A stretch of 43,804 nucleotides of DNA. It comes from Klebsormidium nitens. Its lineage: Eukaryota > Plantae > Klebsormidiophyceae. The notes under the pieces were generated by a model. It did not search any database, was not told the origin of the DNA, and worked only from the letters and a program-made list of their open reading frames with translations. Shown piece by piece: positions 21,609-31,858 of this stretch; within the stretch, counting starts at the first letter, position 1, and every line of letters begins with the position of its first letter. Location: NCBI GenBank assembly GCA_000708835.1, contig DF237637.1, positions 1-43,804 on the forward strand. Reading direction: 5' to 3'. The translations under genes and the position numbers were made by a program.

Positions 21609-24077
21609 TCACCCCGATGAGATCAGTAAAGTTGGGTCAGAAGCCCAGGATCCGTCCCAATGGACTTCATCGACTCTCAAACGAACTTCTTGCAGCCGTT
21701 TCTCCAGTTCGTTCCTAGTTGGAAAGATCAAGCCGCGACCACAGGTGTCTTTGTAACCATCCAGTCCAAGTGTCCGTTTGATACGACCAATCAGCACATC
21801 CTTCTGCTGTGGCGGATCCTCTCTTGCGCCCTGATTGTCTATGAATGACCTGTAAGTTCGGAAGATGGTGGCACTTAGCACCTTGGTCTTTGAATCTGAT
21901 GAAAAGTTGCCGTTATCTAGCAACCCGCAAATCATCTTTGCCCAAAAGGGAATCGAGTGCTCTCTTAAAGCCGAACTCCACTTGCTTTTTGGGATCTGCT
22001 TGGGGTTCCAGGTGTTGATGCCTTCTCTTGACATCAAGTACCGGTAGAAGTGTTCAGCTGTAGTGGTAGTGAGGCTTTCACAAAGCCGATCAAAGTACGG
22101 TTGATCTCCGATTCTAGAGTCGGAGGCCTCAAAGCATGCATACCTTCTGTCTGTCGCTTCTTTCTTGATGGGCCAGTCCTCGTTCGTATTAAACCAGTAA
22201 TTTGCAAGGTCGGGTACTTGAAGGGGATCGATTCCTTTCTTTTCAAGGATCGTCGAGTCTTGGGTGATCAGGCTTTTCAACCGATTATTGCTTTTGTAGG
22301 CTCCACCCCAACTGCTCACTTCATCGAAGCATACCAAAAGAAGGTTTGCGGCTATTCCGTTGAACTTGCCAATGACCTTTTCCATATCGTTGCAGTACAG
22401 ATAGTATCGCGATCCGATGACATGCTTACCCACAAAGTCAGTGATTATGCTTTTGCCTGCGCCTTGGTCAGACCTGAAGACCAAGGCTGTTCCGATCTTC
22501 TTGTACGGCTTCTGCACAAGATGAGCTAACCAGTTGAGAATGTATTCCGCTACAGCAGGATCGTTGTCAGCAAGTACTTCGTTGATGTGCTTCAAGAGAA
22601 GATCAATTTGTTTCATGTCAACAGGTTGATTCGCTTCGTGAGCCTGGAAGGGAAAGCCGTAGAACAGGTTGTAGTTATCAGGTGAAACCATACGAGAGTT
22701 CGTTTCGAAGACTACCTTGTTGAGAGTCCTTCTCGCTGATGACTTGCACCACACCTTCCCAAGGTTGCCGATTTTGACACTATCCAGGTTGAATGATTCG
22801 GACCGTTCCAGAAACTCAGCTCTTGTACGAAGGATGCTGTCATTTGGCACCCAAGCAGTACCTCTTTCAATGAAGATGGTCTCGATAAAGAGTACTTTTG
22901 AGCTGCCGTCTAGAACGCAGAAGTAGTGGTTCATTGTGTCGATAGCAATCTGTGTGAGTTGCTGACATAGTTGCTGATACTGCACTTTGTCCACAGTGCT
23001 TTTGGCACTGATTATAATTCTCTCAGCTTCTTCAATAGGGCGCAGATCAAAGCGTGCTTTTGAAGTCAAAAGCGAACGCCAATGGTGCAGCCCGAGAAAA
23101 ACTCTCGGTCGTTCTTTGCATCCTGTTGACAAACAGCGGTACTCCATGCAGATCCCGTTGCAGATGATGCTGAAACTGTTGCTCGTGTGTTCCTCTCCGT
23201 AAGGGCAGATCCTGCTGTCCTTCACTCTGAACTTTAAGATGGCTTCCTCATCTCGACGCTTGATGCCTCGGTAGAAACTTGTTTGATCGTTGCATCTACT
23301 TCGCAGTAGCTGCGTTGCAACTTGGATTGCCTTTTCGGCCTCGACGGAAGAGGTTGTTTGCTGAGACGAGAGTTCTTTGGTGATTGTCTTGTCCGCTTTT
23401 GCTTTGCTGACAATTGATGTATCATTGCTGGAGGGTTTTGCCGACCCTTGGGCAGCTTGCTTTGTGGAGTCTTGAGAGTTAAGGATTTCTACGAGCCACA
23501 ACGGAAGGCAGGCAAGCTTCGTCTTCCAAGGAGAGTTTAGCCATCTGTATGAATGCTCTTCACCGTCACGAATGATGGTAGTTGGGGGTGCGAAGCAGAT
23601 GCCATTGCCTCTGAAATCGATGGTCGTTTGGGTGGAGTTGATGCATAGCTTGGTCGCGTCTGCCTTCCGTTCAAGCCCGGGGGAATCCGCTTTGAAGTAG
23701 TAGTGCAAGCCGCCACTCTGTGTTTCGGCTGTCCAGGTGATGGGTTCGCCGTGGTCTTGTGTCAATCGTTTCCAGACATCAAGACCATTAGCGACGGCTT
23801 TGCTTTCATTCAACTTGGGCAAGTCGATATCAACCATGACAATGCTATTTGGTCCCGGTCGTCCGCAGAGCAGGGCAAGGGCATTCTTGTCGGAACAATC
23901 ACGAATAAGATCTTCGTGCAACCCCCAGGAAGCCTCATCCACGATGCTTGAGTAAGAGCACCTAAAGTTGCTTGCGTCCTTCTTCCTTTCCTTTTTGTTC
24001 CATGTAAGCTTGAGCGTAACCGGCAGGAGATGAAGGCTCCGATACGATGAGATGCTTTCATTGAGGTCCGGATTCAT
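21609..24077 (-). CDS. Intronless Prim-Pol / Zn-finger / NrS-1-like (DUF5906-type) SF3 helicase, 822 aa
   Basis: First ATG at 24077. Motifs: VMVDID, ETQSGGLHYYF, IDFRG, FAPPT (Prim-Pol); CPYGEEHTSN..YRCLSTGC (Zn finger); SDQGAGKS (Walker A); VCFDEV (Walker B); WFNTNED (motif C); DRRY (Arg finger). Confidence 0.9.
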   Translation of the reverse strand: MNPDLNESISSYRSLHLLPVTLKLTWNKKERKKDASNFRCSYSSIVDEASWGLHEDLIRDCSDKNALALLCGRPGPNSIVMVDIDLPKLNESKAVANGLDVWKRLTQDHGEPITWTAETQSGGLHYYFKADSPGLERKADATKLCINSTQTTIDFRGNGICFAPPTTIIRDGEEHSYRWLNSPWKTKLACLPLWLVEILNSQDSTKQAAQGSAKPSSNDTSIVSKAKADKTITKELSSQQTTSSVEAEKAIQVATQLLRSRCNDQTSFYRGIKRRDEEAILKFRVKDSRICPYGEEHTSNSFSIICNGICMEYRCLSTGCKERPRVFLGLHHWRSLLTSKARFDLRPIEEAERIIISAKSTVDKVQYQQLCQQLTQIAIDTMNHYFCVLDGSSKVLFIETIFIERGTAWVPNDSILRTRAEFLERSESFNLDSVKIGNLGKVWCKSSARRTLNKVVFETNSRMVSPDNYNLFYGFPFQAHEANQPVDMKQIDLLLKHINEVLADNDPAVAEYILNWLAHLVQKPYKKIGTALVFRSDQGAGKSIITDFVGKHVIGSRYYLYCNDMEKVIGKFNGIAANLLLVCFDEVSSWGGAYKSNNRLKSLITQDSTILEKKGIDPLQVPDLANYWFNTNEDWPIKKEATDRRYACFEASDSRIGDQPYFDRLCESLTTTTAEHFYRYLMSREGINTWNPKQIPKSKWSSALREHSIPFWAKMICGLLDNGNFSSDSKTKVLSATIFRTYRSFIDNQGAREDPPQQKDVLIGRIKRTLGLDGYKDTCGRGLIFPTRNELEKRLQEVRLRVDEVHWDGSWASDPTLLISSG

Positions 24078-24256
24078 CTTAGGGCTGGACACCCCCTATG
24101 ATAAGTACTAAGGAAAAAAGTTTTGATCGGAATCTGAACGCACTGAAATTCTGACAGTGAGCTAGGCCCCTTACTGCACACTGAGTACAATTGGATCATC
24201 TGAGAGGGTAAACTTTGAGGAACGTGCTATGGATAAGCGCACATCATTTGAAGATA

Positions 24257-24535
24257 CTAGCATGTCTCACTTATTGGCCTTGAGTGGCGGTTGCCAAGTT
24301 CTTGCACATATCCGGCGTCTACAAGCTTTGCTAAAGTAGAGGGCCGAAGAGTCTTGCCATTCGAATACCTAATCAAAGCTTTACGCAAGCAGATTTCGGC
24401 CTTAGCCTTGTCGTAATGCTTTTGAGACCAAAGTCGATATTTGTCGAGATTGGTCTGCCGATAGCGCATCTCATACAGCCGCCGCTGATGATTGGCATCA
24501 TGATTTCTCGTCTCGGAAACAACTGACATAGACAT
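24257..24535 (-). CDS. Small basic protein, paralogue of 18409-18798
   Basis: ATG-initiated. YRQTNLDKYRLWSQKHY..LRKALIRYSNGKTLRPSTLAKLVDAG aligns with the 18798 ORF. Confidence 0.65.
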   Translation of the reverse strand: MSMSVVSETRNHDANHQRRLYEMRYRQTNLDKYRLWSQKHYDKAKAEICLRKALIRYSNGKTLRPSTLAKLVDAGYVQELGNRHSRPISETC

Positions 24536-24621
24536 CTAGCAACGTGCTTTCGTCTACCTTATTAGACGAAAAGAAGATACTTGCATGCCCCCTGACGAAT
24601 CGATGCTCAAGCTTCGACACC

Positions 24622-24798
24622 TTGGACACCTTGACCGCTCGCTATTTCGTCATGTGAGGGGTTTTTGAAAATCGATATCCATGACTTGCAAATAGCTGCC
24701 AAGGTGTCCAACGTGCCAGGATGGTGAAATCGTGTAGTGCACTCGTAGTGCAATCATGCTGTTATGTATTATCATCAAGTATAATAAAGAGGTGCCAG
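24622..24798 (-). repeat. ~180-bp TGGCACC element, copy downstream of the KDZ gene; contains a hairpin at 24622-24711
   Basis: The reverse complement aligns with 30301-30475 (ctggcacct..tatacttg..aatacata..tggcac..tcatg..ttttcaaaaa.cccct). It holds a perfect 12-bp inverted repeat ttggacaccttg (24622-24633) / caaggtgtccaa (24700-24711). Confidence 0.75.
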
Positions 24799-24894
24799 TG
24801 TGTGTTCTAAGTCTTGTTCCTCGTCCCTACATGAACGATAGCTCCCCACACGCTTGCGGGAAAGCTCAACAGCTATCTATCAACACATGGTCTA

Positions 24895-27800
24895 TCACCT
24901 GTACAAGAGAGCTGCGCGAACTGCCGGCGACCACTGATCAACCCTGGCTGCTATTCTGATCTTCTGGTCATCAACACGTGTCAACTCTGCGTTGCGCCCG
25001 CTCACTACGTTAGCTAGAATGATCATGAAGGACTCGAGAGCGGAAAACCAAGCAAGCACCTTGAACTTTATCAGGAAGGAGTTGACGCTCTCCACCGCTG
25101 AAGTGTTAACCCAGCGCACAGCGTCGTATAAATCAGGATTGTACTGAGGGCCACACTTGTGCGCCTCCGCGCCAGTCTTCTGAAAGTGGAACCTGCACGC
25201 GCGTAATTGGACAGTTTGGACACGGGACGGTTGCTGACGTCATTAGAAACGGGGCTCCCAGAAAGTCTCGGTGGTAAAAGCTCAGACACTTGGACACGGG
25301 ACGGCTGCTGACGTCATCAGAAACGGGCTCCGAGGAAGATATGGCAAGAGCTTGGATAGCTGGACAAAGGACGGTTGCTGACGTCATCAAAAACGGGATT
25401 CGAGAAAGATCTGGCAAAAGCTTGGACAGCTGGACAAGGGACGGCTGCTCACGTTATCACAACCGGGCTCCCAGAATCTGGCAAAAGCTTGGACAGCTTG
25501 GACACGGACGACAAGTGGCAGAATGACGCTCAAATGTATCCTGGAAAAGTGTTGATTATCTCGTCCTAGACTAACAAACAATCATTCGAAACCATGGACG
25601 CGTATGCGGTTTTTGTACTTGCCGGTCAACCAGGCATCGCATGTCTGCAAAAAATGCAGGCTCCCTCCTCATGCTGTACGCGCGCAGCTTGCAGGCGTTG
25701 TCGTAGAAGAGAAAGGAAGGCAGATTGTGCCGCTGGAGGCGGGTGTACAGCACCGCGAACGGATCACGAGGAGACTCCCCCCGGAGCATCGCATGGAACC
25801 CGTAGATCACCCTGTGAGAGCAGCAGAAGACGAACCCCCCCTTTGTGTGCTTCTGCAGCCGCTTGCCCGCCTTCTCACTCTTGGCCGCCGCAACCTTGGC
25901 ATCAAACTCCCCGACAGTGAGACCGCTCTTACAGCGGTGCTCCTCGCTGCTCTCGACCGCCAGACCAAGGTCATTTTCAAACGGCTTGTACTGGGGCAGG
26001 GGCCGTTTCTGCTCCCAACTGGGGAGGGGGTAGCAGCCGAGCGCGTTCTGCTCTTGGCAGTAAGGGTGGTCTTTGGGGAGCGCTTCGAGAAGCCGTCCGT
26101 CCGGGGAGAGACCCAGCCGATCGTGCAGCAGCTCGCGTTCGGCTTGGTTAAGGGCATACTCGAGGGGGGGTGGGGGGCGCAGAGCCTCGACGCCGGGGAG
26201 CAGCCGGTTTGCTCTTCCTCTCCAGAACGTGTAGCTCTCCTCTCTCTCTTCGTTCCAAGACCCTGGGACCTCCCGTCGCAACTGCAGCAGCCAAACGCAG
26301 GCATCCAACCCTTCGATAGCAGACAGCGCCCATCCGGCTCGACCGACCCCCAGCCCGACCGCCCCGCGTCCGAACAGCGTCAGTCGGTATAGATGATGGA
26401 GCGTGGGAAAAAAGAAGGCCGGAAACACTTCGTCGTAGTTGTCCAGCACTCGACGAAGGATGGGCGCATGCTCTGCCAGCACGGCCTTGCCCCCCTGGTC
26501 TACTGGACCCCCCAACAGTATCGCCCGGACAACAGCAAGCGCCCGCCAATGCTGGATCAGATTGCTGTCGTCGCTGACGGTTTGAGGGGACCCCAGAGCG
26601 TACAGCGGTTCCGCCCACCACTTTCGCGGCGACCGCACTCGACCGTTATTGGCGCCCGGAGTCTCCCCCCGGATCCCCTCCAACAGCAGCCGTGCAGCTC
26701 GGTTCTTCGATCGAATCTGCCCGATCTGCTCCTGCAGAAGGCGCCTCCTCCAGTGCAGCAGGATGGGCTCTGCGTCCGCATCGTCCGGATTGGCGACGAA
26801 GTCGGAGACGAGTTCCACGTCATCGCGATCCAGCGCAACCTAGGTAGAAGTCAAAGATGTCAGACGCCCTTCGTCCAGGTTTACCGAGCTCTTCATAGGC
26901 ATATCATTCCGAAAACCTAGACCGATTTCAAGGCTCCACTCGAAGACCTTGTTGCGCTCTTTTTAGTCCCACTGCAACAACCTTGGCTAAGCATCAGAAG
27001 GATTCATCGCGCATATACGGAGCAGACTGGCATCAAAGAGCGTGCGCAACTTGCGCTCGGATCGCTCCAAAGTCAACGTCAGATTCAACTCTAAGGTTGC
27101 CACAGAGACTGAAAAGCTCCGCAGTTTGAGTTTAGGGTCCATAACTCTGCTTGAAGAGAGTTATGTCGTGCACATTTGTCAGAACTCTAGCAGTTTTGGC
27201 GAGGGTGTTGTCCGTTCAGTGTGGGAGGGGAAAAGGGTCTGGAGCCACCTTCTGGCACCTTTCTTTATTACTTATAATGTAAGTGTATATAGGAATGGTA
27301 CACACTTTTCAATGGTTTGGCACCATGGCACCATGGCACCTATTTTCAATCATGGAACTTTCCATCAAGGAACTTTCAATCATAAAACACCTGAACGAAT
27401 AGAAAACAAGAGGCGCCAGTGCCATGGTGCCAGTGGGTGGGAAACTTACAAAGATGTTTTTGATCACAAGATTTGTTCCACCTACCAGCAGCTCTTGGAA
27501 TTCGCCCTCGCTCAGCTGCGCGCCCAGGTCCGGGTCCTTCGGATGATGCTGGCTGTACCGCGCCAGCAGAGCCCGCAGCTCCGGCTGGTGGATCAGGCGC
27601 CGCTTCAGCCCCCGCCCCTCCAATGCAGTCGCGCTGAAGTTCACACCGGCTTCCATGTGCTTGACGACAGTCTCCCCCGAACTGTTCCGGCTTGGAGCCG
27701 TGAAAGGCCGGAGTTCGCTTGCCGCCGTCCCCGCCAACCCGCCTTTCGATCTGCTACCGTCCGCGCACGCTAGCCCGGCGATACCATCGCAGAGCAGAAC

Positions 27801-30800
27801 GTCTGGGTGAGGGCCACAGAGGCTGCAGCACTCGAGGATGCTCTGCCCACACAGCCGGAAGAAGGCCAAGCAGACCTTTCGCCAGGACTCCTCGCTGAGG
27901 AGGGGAGCGGCCCCCGGCGAGAAGCGCCCACGAACCGATTTCTGTGCGCTGATCAGACCGCTGAAGGCTGATCCGGTCCCTTGAACAATACGGAGCAGAA
28001 GCTGGCACGACTCTTGCGTGACGATTATGGCCCTGCTCCACGCGTACAGGCCGAGCGCTTCCCCGTTGAAGTGGACGGTGTGCTTCACCGGGCATCTGCA
28101 GCAGTAGATCCGAACCTTGACCTGCGAGGATGTGCGCGCGCTTAGCCAACATAATTCATTTCGGCTCTGCACTCGTCCACGTTCTGTCTGAGGCACAGTT
28201 TCTGCTGAAACTAGAGTGTGCTCAAACCGTCGTCCAGTCTTTGCCAATGTTTGCCAAACCGATCGGATGCAAAAACATGGACAACTTTTCGAAGCTCTTC
28301 GCTCAGATAACCGGAGTCTCGTATGCGCTCTGCCACAGTGAGCGCGCACAAGTCTGTGTCTCTGATGCAACTTGAACCGCACCAGACCAATCGGAATGAG
28401 ACACGTGGAAACGCCTCGTGCTGACACGTGGCAGGCACCCTCGCTTCAAGCTGAGAGGCTCTCAGTTGCAACAAGAACGAGCACCTTCTCGCTTTTACTT
28501 TGGCAAAGGTTTGCATCACGTACCTCTTGCGACCATTGCAGTGAGTGCACGCATGCGCTCTGCAGCAACGCTTGCCACGCGGTGCCACAGGGAGCCAGTT
28601 CAGGCTTTGGGCAGGGTGCAGACAAGCACCCCACGGCGCTCAGCTCCTCGAAGTCCCTCTGCACGAGCTCGCTCACTCTCACTGGCCGCCGCAGCGACGT
28701 CACCAGCGGATCGTGCACCTCGAAGCTGTCAGTCGGCCGGACCAGCTTGGGGAGCTCGAGCTGCACACTTTTCGCGTCCAAGGGCAGTACGGGAGCCCAG
28801 AGCGGATTCCCGGCAACATGGGGGCAAGCCAAAGCCGGGCATACGCAGCTTGCGCACACTCTGGTTACGCCGCTCATGGCGTCCCTTCCGTCCCCTCCAC
28901 TCAACGTCTGCGGCGCGGTGTGCGTGGGCACAACCTCCTCCTTTTCAGCTTGCAGCGCGCCTGTTTCCTTCAGCTGCCCACCGCCCTCCTCTTCCTGAGC
29001 TGCCCAAAATGCTTTAGACCTCTTTGGCCCCCGTCCAGAGCAACGGTCTCCCGACTCCTGTCTTCCTCTCTTTCCCCCGACCTCGTTCGTATTCGTTTCG
29101 AGTTTGCAGCACCCGTCCTTGCAAGTCCCTCGCTCAAAATCAACCCCTCCGAAGAGCTGCTGGTGCTGCTTACAGAAGCACGAGGCCCCTTTGCAGCTTG
29201 CATCATGAGGCTGGCCCACGCAAAGCTCCATCAGGTACCGTTCGACCGAAGACATGTCGGACGACACTTCTGCCGAGCCTCCCTCTTTTGACTCCGGCGC
29301 CCCTTTTCTCTCCTCCTTCCTGTCCGTTTCGAGCAGCCAGGCACGTGCCCTTGCCAGTTGATCCTCGGAGAACAAGCAGCCGCTCAATATCTCGATGCTT
29401 CTGCCCGGACAGAGAGCGTCTTTGACGGCTCGTATGTGGTCGCAGTCTCCAGACGTGCTGCAGCCCGACAGCTTGCCGCCCTCGCAGTACCACTCCTCCC
29501 GCACGCCCTCATTCTTCAAATGCACCATCGTCCGCTTGGGCGAAGGGGAAGCCGCGTTCCAGTAGACGCCAAAGACCCGCTCAGGCCCTCTGCTGCAGGG
29601 AACCTCGATCACCCGCCTGCCCTTCTGGAGCGCAACGTGGTTGGCTTGCTGGCGCGACCCCAAGGCTTCAAGCGCCAACTTGTGAACGCATGGAGCATCC
29701 GGACCCAGGCGCCCGCGGTCGCAGGTGCAGCTGGCCTTCCCCAGGGTGTCCCAATGGACCGTTTCGAGCAGGGCTTTGTCTTTGCTCGGTCGTCCAAGCG
29801 GCTTTGGCCTGCCATAGTTGTGGTTCCAGACGGTCATGAGGTAGGCCAGGCCAGGGGAACCCTCCTTTCCCCGTTCAGAACCGCCCCCCAGCTCATAGAT
29901 TGAGCATGTTCCGTTCTGAATGCCAGCAAGGAACCTCGTCGCCTGAGAGGTGAGAGAAGAAACTGCGGCGCCATTGGCATGGCAGCGCTCCTTGCTGTCT
30001 GAACTCTCGGCACCTGACGAAGAGGGTTCTTCCTGCAGGCAACAGCATTTGAGTAAGCCGAGCATAAAGTAACAGGTAAGCTAGCCGCAAAAGGCACCAA
30101 TAAAAAGGCAGCAATATCTAGGCTCTAAAAAACATGTGGTACTTGCCGGCCACAACACAGTGTGTAGCTCTAGGTTCAGTCAGGTCGCAAATACAATTTT
30201 GCACTTGAAAAGAAATTTGAGCGAGCTAAGTTTCTTGTACAGTTGTTCTCTGTGTGGTGAATATGCAAAGGCAAGAGAAAGAATGGTGGCCTGACACCTT
30301 CTGGCACCTTATTTATATACTTGTAAAATGCAATACATACACACATTTGCTCTGCATGACTTATGTGGCTTGGCACCTATGGCACATTGGCACCTCATTT
30401 TCAATCATGAAACTTTCCTTTTTCAAAAAACCCCTGACTGAGAAAAAGCAAACAGTCGTGCTGTCGGTGGTGCCATCCAAACTGAGACCACTTTCAGGGC
30501 ACGTCGTCAGATTTCTGAGGGGTCAAAGCCAAATCAGAACCTCACTGCACATTCAAGGACTCACGTGCAACTTGCGTTTGACGTTTGCTCCAGCAGCTTT
30601 TCCCCTGTTGAGCGCGCTCTTTGCAGCGGATTTGGCTACCTTGCCTGTAACTGATTGTTTGCTTATTGCTTCCTGCGCTGCCAAGCCTTCTACATAGCTG
30701 CTTGTGAGCTCTTTGACCTGCTTCCACGGAGCGTTCTGCGATTCACGCTGGAACCACGTCTCAGCTACCTGCTTTTGCTGAACTGTCACTGAGGTCTCAG

Positions 30801-31092
30801 CCAGATGAACGCTGCCGGACCAGCGTTGCACGCATGAAAGACACAATGGCTGAACCCGCTGTTTGCATTTCACGGCTGAGGAGATGGCAAAACCCCTGAG
30901 AGACTGTTGGAATTTGCGGAAAGTTATCCTATGATTGACCAGGAGGGGCTGTCTGCAGAGCACGCATTTGCTAGCTACAGGCGTTTCACTGGATAGAAGG
31001 GTCGGATCAACAATGTATCGTCCAGTCTGCAAACTCTTCTGGTCCTCAAAATCTAGTCTAAGAGTTGGGGGGTCCCTCTTCTGAGATGGCAT
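24895..31092 (-). CDS. KDZ (Kyakuja-Dileera-Zisupton) transposase with SWIM and CxC4-type Cys clusters, ~1395 aa, 5 exons
   Basis: Exons 31092-30565, 30032-28524, 28121-27486, 26839-25623 and 25192-24895 join in frame with no stop. Motifs: SWIM CTCD..PCVH; CGTAW..RIYCCRC..FNGEALGLY; CSLCGPHPDVLLCDG (D); FCCSHRVIYGF..GES; YDNAC (D); VDRFHF..HKC..Y..NTSAVESVN (E). Confidence 0.9.
25207..25515. repeat. ~70-bp tandem repeat (about 4.3 units) inside the GC-AG intron of the KDZ gene
   Basis: Units start at ~25216, 25290, 25361, 25431 and 25498 with TGGACA..GGACGG(T/C)TGCTGACGTCAT..AAACGGG. Confidence 0.9.
27252..27433 (+). repeat. ~180-bp TGGCACC element in KDZ intron 3
   Basis: It starts ctggcacc and ends ggtgccag (8-bp inverted termini), with an internal tggcacc triplet followed by ttttcaatcatggaactttcc as in the 30301 copy. 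Confidence 0.75.
30301..30475 (+). repeat. ~180-bp TGGCACC element in KDZ intron 1
   Basis: caccttctggcacct start shared with the 27252 copy, a tggcac triplet, ttttcaatcatgaaactttcc, and an end at ggtgcca. Confidence 0.75.
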
Positions 31093-31671
31093 GGTCCCTG
31101 GTGCGCTGCCTTGGCTCGGGTTGCGGCTGTCTGCAGGCTTCGAGCTACGGAATCTGATAAAACCGCTTTGATTTATGTGGGAATTTATAGCCTGCCGGTC
31201 AAGGCTGCTCCGGCCTTGATCATAGTATTTCCCTCCGACGACTGGTCGACTGCCGCCTGCCAATCAGCAATACTACGTAGTTTATCTCGTTTTTAAAGCC
31301 TGCAACGTGGTCGAAGTGGTATTTAAAGCGTGCAACGTAGGTCGTTTCTGAGCGGTTCTATGAGCGGTTATACCACGTGGTCGACCCGGCCGGAGTAAAA
31401 GATTCCCTGGTTCCCGGACTCGCAGCCCGTCTCGCCCTGGGGGGTGCCGTACCTGCATTCCTCTACGGCACAAGCTTCCTAAGTAACGTCAAAGTGCCGG
31501 AACTCCAACCTTTAGCGCGTGGAAACCGTCCGATCCGGCAGTGGACTTCTGCGACGAATCGCAGCCGCTAATTTTATGCCAACCATCTGTTGGTGCCCCC
31601 CAAGCGAACTTCGGGTGACACGTCGTAAAGTTCGTTAGCTTAAGTTGATATTGACGGCTGGGAAAGTCCGG

Positions 31672-31858
31672 ATAACTCTCAAGAAAGATAATAGTAAGCC
31701 AAGATAATAGTAAGCTCCGACTAACACTAAGAACCCTAACCTTAAATGAACACCCGCTCCGCAGCCGTACCCACCCTAACCACCATACTAACCCTACCCG
31801 TCACAGTGCGGTTACCTTACTATTATCTGGGCTTACTATTATTTTCTTTGAGTTTCAT
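31672..31858. mobile_element. 187-bp MITE-like element with ~43-bp TIRs and 9-bp flanking direct repeat
   Basis: Left end ataactctcaagaaagataatagtaagccaagataatagtaag; the right end reverse-complements to atgaaactcaaagaaaataatagtaagcccagataatagtaag. AAAGTCCGG flanks both sides (31663-31671 and 31859-31867). Confidence 0.85.

Larger units (their letters stand above)
18409..24535. mobile_element. Compact intronless virus-like integrative cassette (recombinase + primase-helicase + small ORFs)
   Basis: Six well-supported intronless ORFs with short spacers (27 bp between the convergent recombinase and primase stops), unlike their intron-rich neighbours. The element ends were not found. Confidence 0.7.

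Noticed and set aside
18320-24800. Search for att-like direct repeats or TIRs delimiting the recombinase cassette
   Set aside because: Only a short match (AGCTTCG at ~18383 and ~24610) was seen, which is compatible with chance.
25207-25515. Tandem units as a possible CRISPR array
   Set aside because: The whole ~70-bp unit is repeated with no unique spacers; it is an intronic minisatellite.
25594-29903. Several long plus-strand ORFs (e.g. 25604-26392, 28372-28998, 28545-29291)
   Set aside because: These are GC-rich antisense shadows of KDZ exons with no motifs of their own.
31730-31800. Telomere-like AACCCT motifs as an interstitial telomere
   Set aside because: There are only three degenerate units inside a MITE, not a true telomeric array.
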